Positions 31,798 through 41,449 of a stretch of 64,000 nucleotides of DNA are shown piece after piece. How positions within the stretch are numbered: the first letter of the stretch is position 1; every line of letters starts with the position of its first letter. The notes beneath the pieces are model-generated. The model saw only the letters and a program-made list of their open reading frames with translations. It did not search any database and was not told the origin of the DNA. A program made the position numbers and the translations under genes. This stretch comes from an uncultured Gammaproteobacteria bacterium (GTDB taxonomy: Bacteria; Pseudomonadota; Gammaproteobacteria; Steroidobacterales; Rariloculaceae): the NCBI GenBank assembly GCA_963744305.1, contig CAVUTF010000016.1, positions 77,373 to 141,372 of the forward strand. The letters are read 5' to 3'.

Positions 31798-32716
31798 ATG
31801 TTTGAGCATGCAACCCGGCGGGATTTTTTGGGATGGACGGGCGCGGTCGCTGCTTCGGGGCTCGCGCCGCGCGTGACGTTTGCGCAAGCGCAGATGCCGG
31901 TGCGGCGCATCCCGAGCACGGGGGAGATCGTTGCCCGTGATCGGCCTGGGATCGAGCAAGGTCGTGCAAGAGATTGCGACCAAGGGTCAGGAGCCACTGG
32001 CCGGAGTTCTGCGAACCCTCGTTGCGCACGGCGGCCGGGTCGTCGACACGTGGCCCCGCAACGCGGACAACGACGCGGGGTTCGGCCGCGTCATCGGTGA
32101 GCCCGACCTGCGCGACAAGTTGTTCGTCACGACCAAAATCGACCAAGTGGGCAAGGAAGTGGGAATCGCGCAGTTTCGGCAGACTCAGCGGCTCTACGGA
32201 CGCGAGAAGCTCGACCTCGTGCAGATTTTCAGTCTTACCGATCTCGACACGCATTGGCCGAGCTTGAAGGAGTGGAAGGCGGCCGGGCATGCACGCTACA
32301 TCGGCGTGACGGTCGCCGAGGCGAACCTCTACGAGCGCCTCGAGCAGTTTCTCGGGCGCGAGAAGCCCGATTTCATACAGGTGAACTATTCGATCACCGA
32401 GCGCGGCGCCGAGGAGCGGCTCCTGCCGTTGGCGGCGGACCGCGGTCTCGCGGTTCTCATCAACAGGCCGTTCATGAACGGCGCCTACTTCGATCGCCTC
32501 GAAGGACAACCGCTGCCGCCGTGGGCCGCGGAGTTCGAATGCGCTACCTGGGCGCAGTTCTCGTTGCAGTACATCCTCGCGAACCCGACGATCACGTGCG
32601 TGCTCACGGAGACGAGCAATCCGCACCACATGGAGGAGAACGCGCGGACCGCATTCGCGCCGGTGCCCGACTCGGCCGCGCGGGGACGAATGCGCGCTTT
32701 CATAGACGCTGTTTGA
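31798..32716 (+). CDS. Tat-exported aldo/keto reductase (frameshift near 31930)
   Basis: TRRDFL, LPVIGLGS, FVTTK, RYIGVT, QVNYS, NRPF. Confidence 0.85.
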
Positions 32717-32775
32717 CGGGTTTGCGCGCGACCCTGCGCCATCCATTTAGGCGAAGACAGAACTAGGAGACTGCA

Positions 32776-33375
32776 ATGCAAAGGCGAGCGTTCTTGGTAT
32801 TGGCTCTCGCGAGCCAACTTGCCGGTTGCGGCTACAACACGTTTCAGGCGCAAGACGAGCAAATCAAAGCGTCTTGGTCCGAGGTGGTCAATCAATATCA
32901 GCGGCGCGCCGACTTGATCCCGAATCTCGTCGAGACGGTGCGCGGGTTCGCGCAGCAGGAGCGTGACGTGCTGATCGGTGTCACCGAGGCCCGCTCGAAG
33001 GTCGGCAGCATTCAGGCGACGCCGGAGCTCATCGACGATCCGCAGGCGTTCGCGCAATTCCAGGCCGCGCAGGGCGAGCTGTCGAGCGCGTTGCAGCGGC
33101 TGATGGTGGTGGTCGAGCGCTATCCGGAGCTCAAATCGGACGCGAATTTTCGCGACTTGCAGGCGCAGCTCGAAGGCACCGAGAACCGCATCACGGTCGC
33201 GCGCAACCGCTACATCGCTGCCGTGCAAGAATACAACGTGACGGTGCGCAGCTTCCCGAGCAATCTGACTGCGATGGTGTTCGGCTACGACGCCAAGCCG
33301 AACTTCTCCGTCGAGAACGAAGCGGAGATTTCCCGGCCGCCGCAGGTAGATTTCAACCGCGGCGCGCAGCAGTAG
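32776..33375 (+). CDS. lemA: LemA family lipoprotein
   Basis: LAGC lipobox, YQRRADLIPNLV, YPELKSD.NF..LQ.QLEGTENRI. Confidence 0.93.
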   Translation: MQRRAFLVLALASQLAGCGYNTFQAQDEQIKASWSEVVNQYQRRADLIPNLVETVRGFAQQERDVLIGVTEARSKVGSIQATPELIDDPQAFAQFQAAQGELSSALQRLMVVVERYPELKSDANFRDLQAQLEGTENRITVARNRYIAAVQEYNVTVRSFPSNLTAMVFGYDAKPNFSVENEAEISRPPQVDFNRGAQQ

Positions 33376-33399
33376 CGTACGCGCGCGGGCTCGACCGCG

Positions 33400-34291
33400 A
33401 TGGCCGCTAGGCTGCCAGCGACTGCGCCGCGCCGGCGTTTCTTTGCGGCGCACGGCGCAGTGTTGGCGCTGCTGTCGCTCGCGGCGCTACCGCTGCCCGC
33501 GCAGCAGGCAATTCCCCCGCTCGACGCCCGGGTCACGGACCTAACGGCCACGCTCACCGAGGCCGAGCGGGCGGCGCTCGAGCAGAAGCTCACTGCGTTC
33601 GAGGCTCGCAAGGGTGCGCAGATCGCGGTGCTGCTCGTGCCGACGACTGCGCCCGAAGCGATCGAAGAGTATTCCCTGCGCGTAGCCGAGGCATGGCAAA
33701 TCGGACGCGGGCGGATCGACGACGGCATCGTGCTCGTTGTCGCGAAAGACGATCGCAAACTCCGCATCGAGGTCGGGTACGGGCTCGAAGGCGCGGTTCC
33801 CGACGCACTCGCGAAGCGGATCATCAGCGAGCAGATCGTGCCGCGGTTCTACGAGCAGCAGTACGCGCTCGGGATCGACGCGGGCGTCGATGCGCTGATC
33901 GGGCTGATCGACGGAGAGCCGCTGCCGGCGCCCGAGGCCGGTGAATCGCCGGGGCCGGACGGCTGGGGCGTATTGCCATTCGTCCTGCTGCTCGCGACGT
34001 TTGTTGCGCCGCTGTTGCGACGGTTGTTCGGCACGCTGTTCGGCGCGCTCATGGTCGGCGCCGGCGCCGGGTTTGTTGCCTGGCTGTTGAGCAGCACGTT
34101 GTTCCTGGGAGTGGCCGTGGGCGCGGTCGCGTTCTTCCTCGCACTTGCGGGAATCATGGGCGGGCCCGCCCGGTGGACGACCGGCGGGCCCGTGGGGCGG
34201 CGGCATGCGAAGGGGTGGCGGCGGGTTCGGCGGCGGCTTTCGCGGCGGCGGCGGCCGCTTCGGCGGCGGCGGCGCATCGGGAGGCTGGTGA
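33400..34291 (+). CDS. TPM-domain membrane protein (YgcG family; frameshift in the Gly-rich tail)
   Basis: VTDLT, QIAVL, RIEVGYGLEG..PD, tail GGGGRFGGGGASGGW. Confidence 0.88.
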
Positions 34292-34294
34292 GCG

Positions 34295-34783
34295 ATGCGC
34301 GTTTTGCGCCATCTATTGTCGAATCGCTGGACGCTGACGCGGCGGTTCCCGGCGCCCACGCTGGATGCGATCGAGGGCGCGGTCGCGGCGTCGGAGACGC
34401 ACCATCGGGGCGAGGTGCGGTTCGCGATCGAAGCCGCGCTCGATCTATCGACCCTGTGGCGCGACCAGACTCCGCGCGACCGCGCGCTCGAGGTCTTTGC
34501 GGAGCTCGGCGTCTGGGACACGAAGGAGAAGAACGGCGTGTTGATCTACGTGCTGCTAGCGGAGCGCGACGTGGAGATCGTCGCCGATCGCGGCCTCGAC
34601 GAGCGCGTGACCGCCGAAGAGTGGGAGGCCGTGTGCGCGGCGATCGAGCAAGATTTTCGTGCGGGCCGCTGGCGCGAGGGCGCGCTCGAGGGCGTGGCCG
34701 GCGTGACGCAGCTTCTGGCCCGCGAGTTTCCGAGCGACGGCGCGAACGCCAACGAGCAGCCGAATCGCCCGCACATTTTGTGA
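34295..34783 (+). CDS. TPM-domain protein
   Basis: HRGEVRFAIE, GVWDT..KNGVLIYVLLA, NEQPN. Confidence 0.85.
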   Translation: MRVLRHLLSNRWTLTRRFPAPTLDAIEGAVAASETHHRGEVRFAIEAALDLSTLWRDQTPRDRALEVFAELGVWDTKEKNGVLIYVLLAERDVEIVADRGLDERVTAEEWEAVCAAIEQDFRAGRWREGALEGVAGVTQLLAREFPSDGANANEQPNRPHIL

Positions 34784-34814
34784 CTGGGGGCGTCGACCGG
34801 GCTAAAGCGCTGGC

Positions 34815-35132
34815 TCAAGTCGCCGCGGGGCGCACTCGCTTGCCGAGCAGGGCGACAACTTCGGGCGGAACCTCGTAGAAGTCGAGCACGTAGTCGGTAT
34901 CGGTCAAGCCGCATGCCTCGCGCTGCACGAGGAAGTTCGTCACAAGGCGCGCGACGCGCCACAAGAGCCGGCGCCGCTGCTCCTCGCGGATCGCGGCCGG
35001 CAGCTCGCCGCGAGCGTCGAAATCGCGAAGCTCGCGCAGCCCCTCCTCGAGCAAATGGCCGGCGCGGCCGAGGCCTTCCGCTTTTTCCTGCGAGATCTCA
35101 CCGAGGATCGTGTCGACGAATCGGTTGTCCAT
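34815..35132 (-). CDS. Hypothetical protein (DUF6665-like)
   Basis: EKAEGLGRAG, VQREACGL, YEVP.EV. Confidence 0.6.
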   Translation of the reverse strand: MDNRFVDTILGEISQEKAEGLGRAGHLLEEGLRELRDFDARGELPAAIREEQRRRLLWRVARLVTNFLVQREACGLTDTDYVLDFYEVPPEVVALLGKRVRPAAT

Positions 35133-35175
35133 AACGTCCCTTGCGCGCTGCCGATTCTACGCGGCAGACGTCGCG

Positions 35176-35592
35176 TCAGTCCTCGGGCTTGCCGCGGGAT
35201 TGCTTGAGCCGGGCATGCCGCGCCTTGCGGTCGAGCCGCTTCGCCTGCGACGCGCGCGTCGGCTTGGTCGCCTTGCGCGGCTTGCGCGTGACGAGCGCGC
35301 TTTGAATGAGCTCGCGGAGCCGCTCGAGGGCGGCGGCCTTGTTCTGCTCCTGGCTGCGGTGCTGCTGCGACTTGATCACGATGACGCCGTCGCTCGTGAT
35401 GCGGTGATCGCGCAGCCGGAGCAGACGCTGCTTGCAGGTGTCGGGCAGCGACTTCGAGGCAGCGATGTCGAAGCGCAAATGCACAGCGCTCGCGACCTTG
35501 TTGACGTTTTGCCCGCCGGCGCCCTGCGCGCGAACTGCCGAGATCTCAAGCTCGTCGTCCGGAATTGCAATGCTATGTGAAACCTGGAGCAC
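35176..35592 (-). CDS. arfB: Alternative ribosome rescue factor ArfB (YaeJ)
   Basis: GAGGQNVNK (GGQ motif), RSQEQN, basic tail RKATKPT. Confidence 0.93.
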   Translation of the reverse strand: MLQVSHSIAIPDDELEISAVRAQGAGGQNVNKVASAVHLRFDIAASKSLPDTCKQRLLRLRDHRITSDGVIVIKSQQHRSQEQNKAAALERLRELIQSALVTRKPRKATKPTRASQAKRLDRKARHARLKQSRGKPED

Positions 35593-35601
35593 GATCGGAC
35601 C

Positions 35602-36042
35602 TCAGAGCGCGGCGCGAAGCGCGGCCGCGATCTCGAGTTGCTCCGCGAGCGGGGTGAGCGGGAAATCGTGCGCGCGAAACAAACGTTTCGGATCGCTAGC
35701 CTCGTAGCGCGGTACCACGTGGATGTGGTAATGCGGGATATGTTGGCCCGACTTCACGCCGTTGTTCTGGTAGACGTTGGCGCTGATAGCGCCAAAACAG
35801 GACACCGCGGCCTGCACCAGCCGTTTCGCGAGGTGGGCCGCCGCCGCGAGCTCCGGGTCGTCCATGTCGAGAATCGTCTCGCGGTGACGCCGCGGAATCA
35901 CGAGCATCGCACCGCGCTCGAATTGCGCGCGATCGACGAACGCCGCCACGAGATCGTCCTCGGCGACGAACGCGCAGGGTTCTTCATGCGCGACATAGCG
36001 ACAGAACGAGCAGCCATCGTAGGCGTCGAGCCGAATCGGCAT
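35602..36042 (-). CDS. HIT family protein
   Basis: CSFC and HIPHYHIHVVPR histidine triad. Confidence 0.88.
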   Translation of the reverse strand: MPIRLDAYDGCSFCRYVAHEEPCAFVAEDDLVAAFVDRAQFERGAMLVIPRRHRETILDMDDPELAAAAHLAKRLVQAAVSCFGAISANVYQNNGVKSGQHIPHYHIHVVPRYEASDPKRLFRAHDFPLTPLAEQLEIAAALRAAL

Positions 36043-36179
36043 CGAGAAGCTCCAGGTGCAACCGCCCGGGGAGTATGCCAACATCTTCGCGGTCGTCCAA
36101 AAAACGCACGTGCGATGCAAACAGCACGAGCCATCAAGCGTACGCGGGGGAGAAAACCATGCAGGCGGTCGTCGACTAA

Positions 36180-37457
36180 ATGACTCGCGTCCGTGCATGG
36201 CTCGCTGCGCTCGCAGCCGGTGTTTTGGCCGCGGCGCCGGCGCTGCGTGCGTCCGCGCAATCGCAGTCGCCGGTGTTTCCCGGGCAACGCGGCGGACAGG
36301 ACGTGTTCGGCCACTACGAGGTCGTCGCGGGTTGGCCGAAGCCGCTGGCGACGGTGCCGGGCCACGAGGGCTGGACCTGGGGCGCGGGGCAGAGCGTGTT
36401 CGCCGCGAGCCCTAACCGCGTGTTCGTCTTGCAGCGCGGCGAGTTGCCCGTGCTCGCGCGGCCGCAAACGCGCGCTCTGCCTGAGCTCGGGCCGAGCATC
36501 GTGTTCCCCGTGTTCCGCTTGCCGATCCGCGACGCGACCGTCGCAAGCCCGCCCGCGGGTGGGGCCGCCGGCGCCATGCCGCCGGATGGGCTCAAAGCGT
36601 GGGAGGAGGCGGGCGGGAAGCTCGGCGTGGACGCGCGCTGGGAGCACTGCATTTTGGTCTTCGATGCGCAAGGCAACATGATCGAGGACTGGACGAAGTG
36701 GGATTCGATGCTCGCGCGGCCGCACGCGGTGTACGTGAGCCCCTACGATCCCGACGAGCATGTCTGGATCGTCGACGACTTTCGCCACGCGATCTTCAAG
36801 TTCACGAATGACGGTAGCGAGCTCGTGCAGACGATCGGCACGTACAACGAGCACGGCGCCGACGCGACGCATTTCTTTCGGCCGACGTTCATGGCGTGGC
36901 TGCCCGATGGCACGTTCTTCGTCGCAGATGGCTACGAGAACACGCGTGTCGTGAAGTTCGACGAAGACGGCAAGTACGTCACGGCTTGGGGAGAGAAGGG
37001 CACGCCGCCGAACGAGACGCGGCCCGGCTACTTCAACAACGTGCACGGCATCGCCGTCGACCCGCAGACTCGGCGCGTGTTCGTGAACGACCGCGCGAAT
37101 CATCGCGTGCAGATCTTCGATGAGAACGGCAAATACCTCGATCAATGGCGCTTCGGGGATCCGCCGTCGGACATCCACATGTTTCTGATCACCGCGGATC
37201 GATATCTCTGGGCTGCGGATCGCGGCACGAACAAGATCTTGAAGTACGACTTGAACGGCAATTTCCTTTACTCGTGGGGCACGTGGGGCGACTTCCCCGG
37301 CGGTATGTGGGGCGTGCACGGCATGAGCGTCGACCAAGAGGGCAATTTCTACATCGCCGAGGTCGACAACGGCGGAGTGCAGAAATTCCGGCCGCGCGCC
37401 GGCGCGAATCCCGATTTCCTCGTCGGCGGCCGAGCAACGTCGACTCGGAGAGACTGA
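36180..37457 (+). CDS. Exported NHL-repeat protein (peptidyl-alpha-hydroxyglycine alpha-amidating lyase family)
   Basis: FVADGYENTRVVKF, HGIAVD, DRANHRVQIF NHL repeats. Confidence 0.8.
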   Translation: MTRVRAWLAALAAGVLAAAPALRASAQSQSPVFPGQRGGQDVFGHYEVVAGWPKPLATVPGHEGWTWGAGQSVFAASPNRVFVLQRGELPVLARPQTRALPELGPSIVFPVFRLPIRDATVASPPAGGAAGAMPPDGLKAWEEAGGKLGVDARWEHCILVFDAQGNMIEDWTKWDSMLARPHAVYVSPYDPDEHVWIVDDFRHAIFKFTNDGSELVQTIGTYNEHGADATHFFRPTFMAWLPDGTFFVADGYENTRVVKFDEDGKYVTAWGEKGTPPNETRPGYFNNVHGIAVDPQTRRVFVNDRANHRVQIFDENGKYLDQWRFGDPPSDIHMFLITADRYLWAADRGTNKILKYDLNGNFLYSWGTWGDFPGGMWGVHGMSVDQEGNFYIAEVDNGGVQKFRPRAGANPDFLVGGRATSTRRD

Positions 37458-39052
37458 TGAACACCGTAGGATCGCTGACCTTGGCGGCGCGGATCGCAAC
37501 TTGGCCGGCGTGCGGTTGTCTCGTGGCGCTCGCCGCGTGCGAGCAGCAGTCGCCGGCAGCCGAAAGTGCCGCACGGGAGCCCACATCCGCGCCGGTGTCG
37601 TGTGTAAGCCTGGCCGCGATCGCACTACCGGATACCACGGTGACGATGGCCGAGCTCGTGCCGGCCGGCGGGTTCAATGGCACGGTCGCCGCAGTTCCAG
37701 GAGCACCGCCGGTCAATTACGCCGGGCTGCCTGCATTCTGCCGCGTCGCAGGCACGGTCGCGCCGGTGCCGGACTCGACGATCAAGTTCGAAGTATGGCT
37801 CCCGGCCGAGGGCTGGAACGGCAAGTTCGTCGGCGTCGGCAACGGCGGCATGGCAGGCTTCGTGTTTGAATTTGCAATGGTGGAGCCGCTGATGCGCGGC
37901 TATGCCGTTGCAGGCACCGATACGGGTCACGCTGGCGGGCCGGCGGACGCGAGCTTTGCCGTCGGTCATCCGGAGAAGCTCGCCGACTTCGGCTGGCGCG
38001 CGGTGCACGAGATGACCGTCAAGTCGAAGGCGATCGTTGCGGCGCATTACGCGAGCGCGGCGCGCCGGTCTTATTGGGTGGGTTGCTCGACTGGGGGCCG
38101 GCAGGGGCTCAAGGAAGCGCAGCGCTTCCCCGAGGACTACGACGGCATCTCGGCCGGCGCTCCGGCGAGCAATTGGGTTCCGCTGCTCGCCTACGGAGCG
38201 GGTGTTCAACGCATCAACACCGATCCCGAGCGCGCGCTGCCGCCGCCGCAACTCGCGCTGCTGAAGGAAGCCGCGATCGCGGCATGCGATGCGCGCGACG
38301 GCGTGACCGATCGTGTGGTCGAGCAGCCGCAGACGTGCGCGTTCGATCCCGGCTCGCTGCAATGCGCGACGGGTGCAACGTCTGGCTGCCTGACAAACCC
38401 GCAGGTGGAAGCAGCGCGCTCGATTTACGCCGGCGTCGTCAATCCGCGCACGGGTGAGACGCTTTTTCGGGGCCCGACGCCCGGAGGCGAGCCCGCGTGG
38501 TTCGCGTACAGCCCGGGCCTATTCCCGATCGCGGTCAATTATTGGCGAGATGTCGTATTCCGCGATCCCAATTGGGAGCCCGCAAAGCTCGACCTCGACG
38601 CGGACGTCGCGCGGGCGCAATCGACGGACACGGCCGATGTCGCGGCAACCAACCCGGATCTGAAAGCCTTCGTCGCGCGCGGCGGCAAGCTGTTGCTGTG
38701 GCACGGCTGGACAGACGGGCTGATCCCCGCGCAAAACACCATCGACTACTACGAGCACGTCATCGCGACGACAGGTGCGGCCGCCGCGAAGGACTCGGTG
38801 CGGCTCTTCATGCTGCCCGGCGTCGATCATTGCAGCGGTGGCGAGGGTACGTTCGTAATGGATGCGCTCGGTGCGATCGATTCGTGGGTGGAGAGCGGCC
38901 AACCGCCGGAGCGGATCATCGCGCGCCGGCCGCCCGACGGCGGCGCAGAGCGCACGCGGCCCCTGTGTCCGTATCCGCAGATCGCCCGTTACCGAGGCAC
39001 GGGCAGCTCGGATGATGCCGCTAACTTCGAGTGCGGGGCGCCTGCGCGATAG
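37457..39052 (+). CDS. Tannase/feruloyl esterase family hydrolase
   Basis: WNGKF.GVGNGG, TDTGH, GCSTGGRQG, WHGWTD, PGVDHC, RPLCPYP. Confidence 0.92.
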   Translation: MNTVGSLTLAARIATWPACGCLVALAACEQQSPAAESAAREPTSAPVSCVSLAAIALPDTTVTMAELVPAGGFNGTVAAVPGAPPVNYAGLPAFCRVAGTVAPVPDSTIKFEVWLPAEGWNGKFVGVGNGGMAGFVFEFAMVEPLMRGYAVAGTDTGHAGGPADASFAVGHPEKLADFGWRAVHEMTVKSKAIVAAHYASAARRSYWVGCSTGGRQGLKEAQRFPEDYDGISAGAPASNWVPLLAYGAGVQRINTDPERALPPPQLALLKEAAIAACDARDGVTDRVVEQPQTCAFDPGSLQCATGATSGCLTNPQVEAARSIYAGVVNPRTGETLFRGPTPGGEPAWFAYSPGLFPIAVNYWRDVVFRDPNWEPAKLDLDADVARAQSTDTADVAATNPDLKAFVARGGKLLLWHGWTDGLIPAQNTIDYYEHVIATTGAAAAKDSVRLFMLPGVDHCSGGEGTFVMDALGAIDSWVESGQPPERIIARRPPDGGAERTRPLCPYPQIARYRGTGSSDDAANFECGAPAR

Positions 39053-39134
39053 TTCGTCAGGAGCAACGATGGGCGGTGGCACAATCCACTCGCGGACCCA
39101 CATTTGTCGGATCGCCATCTTCGGGGAGAGATAG

Positions 39135-40085
39135 ATGAAAACGATCGCAAGCTCTGCGCTCGCAATGCTCGTCGCCGCGCTGCTGCTCTACGCAGCGCCG
39201 AGCGTCGCGCAGCGGCAGCAGCCGCCCATGCAAATCGAGCAACTGACGCCGCACGTCTATCGCTACGGCGGGCTCACGAGCGGAGCGTTCATCGTCGGCA
39301 GCGAGGCGATCGCCGTCGTCGACGGCCAAATCTGCGGCTCCGGCGGCACGCAGTGGCTCAAAGAAGAGCTCGCAAAACGCTTCGACGTGCCCGTCAAGTA
39401 CACCATCCTGAGCCACGATCACGAGATGCACATCTGCGGCCTCGAGGTCTTCAGCGACACGGCGGTCGCGATCTCGCACGTGAATGCGAAGCCGCACATC
39501 ATTCGCGAGAAGCGCCGCACGGTGATTCCGCAGATTACGTTCGAGACGAGCATGGAGATCGACGTCGGCGGCGTCGCCGTCAATCTGATGTATCTCGGGC
39601 CGACGCACACCGACAACCTGATCCAGGTGCACATTCCTTCCGAGAAGGTGCTGATCGCCGTGGACTTCGTTCGCGAGGGCAAGAGTCTCGCGATGCCGGA
39701 GCTGCGTGACCTCTACATCGACAACTCGATCAAGGCCCTCGGCATCTTGGGGCGCATGGAGAACGTCGACATCGTGATACCCGGCCACGGCGGCGTCACG
39801 AACCAGCAAGCGTTCTTGTACGTTCGCGACTACCTACAGGCGCTGAAGGACCGCGTGCTCGAGCAGATGGTCGCGGGCAAGGGCATCGAGGAGATTCTCG
39901 AGATCGTCACGATGGACGATTTCAGCGACTACGGGTGGTTCAAGCAGTGGCGCCGCGCGAACGTGATCACGATGTGGGAGCAGATGTACCACTATCGCGA
40001 GCCTACCGAGGGCGGCGGCCAGTACGAGAACGACTTCCCGCCGGGGTTCCCAGTCGGCGACGTCGACAAGTTCAACGGCCCATAA
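39135..40085 (+). CDS. Exported metallo-beta-lactamase-fold protein with variant metal motif
   Basis: SHDHEMH, THTD, IPGHG. Confidence 0.75.
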   Translation: MKTIASSALAMLVAALLLYAAPSVAQRQQPPMQIEQLTPHVYRYGGLTSGAFIVGSEAIAVVDGQICGSGGTQWLKEELAKRFDVPVKYTILSHDHEMHICGLEVFSDTAVAISHVNAKPHIIREKRRTVIPQITFETSMEIDVGGVAVNLMYLGPTHTDNLIQVHIPSEKVLIAVDFVREGKSLAMPELRDLYIDNSIKALGILGRMENVDIVIPGHGGVTNQQAFLYVRDYLQALKDRVLEQMVAGKGIEEILEIVTMDDFSDYGWFKQWRRANVITMWEQMYHYREPTEGGGQYENDFPPGFPVGDVDKFNGP

Positions 40086-40093
40086 GAACGATC

Positions 40094-40130
40094 GGGGTCA
40101 GGCACCGTGCCTGACCCGGTGCCTGACCCC
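40094..40130. repeat. REP-like palindrome of GGGGTCAGGCAC units
   Basis: ggggtcaggcac c gtgcctgacccg gtgcctgacccc between convergent genes. Confidence 0.85.
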
Positions 40131-40132
40131 GA

Positions 40133-41279
40133 CTAATGCGACTCTTGGTAGTGGCGCTTTAACAGGTCGTCGCCGAAGTCGCCGGCACGGCTGCGCCAAA
40201 CTGCGTGGATGTGATTGCCGTTGCCCTGTGCGTTGTCGTACTCGTAGAGAAAGTCGGCGCCTTGGATCCGGTAGTAGTGCGGTTGCTTGCGCTGGAGTGA
40301 GCCGATCCACGCGAAGCTGAGCTCGTTCAGATCGATCTGTGCCCAATATTGGGCCGCGATTTCCGGCCGATACGTGCCCAGCACCTCCTGCAGCAGCGCG
40401 GCGACGAGTGCGCGTTGGTCGCGATTCAGCTCCGCGACCGGTATGCCGTCGGGCACGAGATCGTCGCGCCAGCTCTCCCAGGTGTCCGGCTCCTTCATGA
40501 TGTTGCTCGCGATCAGATCCCAGGGCGTGTTGTCGGCGTAGACGAAGCCGAACTTCGCCGCGTCTGCGTTGAATTTCGGATCGCCCATGAGAATGGCCTT
40601 GGCGCGCTGCGCGGGTGCAAGCGAGGTGACGAGCTCCCGCGCGAGATCTTCCTCGACACGCAGCACGCGCAAGCCGGCTAAAGGCCCGAACCCGACTTCC
40701 GCCGGATCGGCTCCTAGGAACATCGGGGTCGCCGACACGCCGCCGTCCGGCACCACGGACACATTGAGTGACACGTGGTGCCCCTCGAACCGCCATCCCC
40801 AGGGCTGCTCGGCGGACGGATCGCCGAACAGCGCGACCGTGTAATCTTCGACGCCGCGCGGAAAGCCTGTGGCGGAAGTCGGTTGAAGAACATACTCCAA
40901 CTGCATGATATTGATAATTTTATGATAGCCGCTCGCGCTGAGCGCAGACCACAACAGCTCCTGCGCGAGCGCGCGGTGCTTCGTGTGCATGAGGTCGAGC
41001 TTGAGACCCGCGCGATCGCGCGGCCAATACGACCAATCGCGCTTCACGGGGCTGTCGGCCGGGAACAGCAACAGGTCCTCCATCGAGTATTGGCGCAGCG
41101 CTTCGGAGAACTCGGGATCGCCGCGAACCGACGCGAGCAACGCCTCGGCGGCGGCGAGCATGCGTGCGGTCGTCTCCGCTCGCGCGGCCGAGGTCTTCCT
41201 CGGCGGCGCGATCGGCTCGTTGTGCGAGCGCCGATGCGGCGAGTGCGCAGGCGCAGCAAGCTAGCAGGGTTCTGATCAT
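40133..41279 (-). CDS. DUF3500-family exported protein (frameshift near 5' end)
   Basis: WGWRFEGHHVSLN, TPMFLGADP, HYYRIQG, EYDN..NHIHAVWR. Confidence 0.8.
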
Positions 41280-41316
41280 ATGCACACCTTTATGAACATA
41301 TGTTTGCGGCGATTTT

Positions 41317-41355
41317 TGTAACCGCGATGTCACGCCGAAGTCACCGGCGTGTGAC
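41317..41355. promoter_or_regulatory. Pho-box-like direct repeats with 11-bp period
   Basis: TGTAAC (41317), TGTCAC (41328), AGTCAC (41339), TGTGAC (41350) upstream of an OprO/P-type porin. Confidence 0.6.
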
Positions 41356-41449
41356 TGCACGGCGACCGACATCGTCACCGGCTCTCACTAGCATACACGT
41401 CGAGCTAGGCCCGTCACGTATCCCGCGAGCTCGCATCAATGGGACGGCG

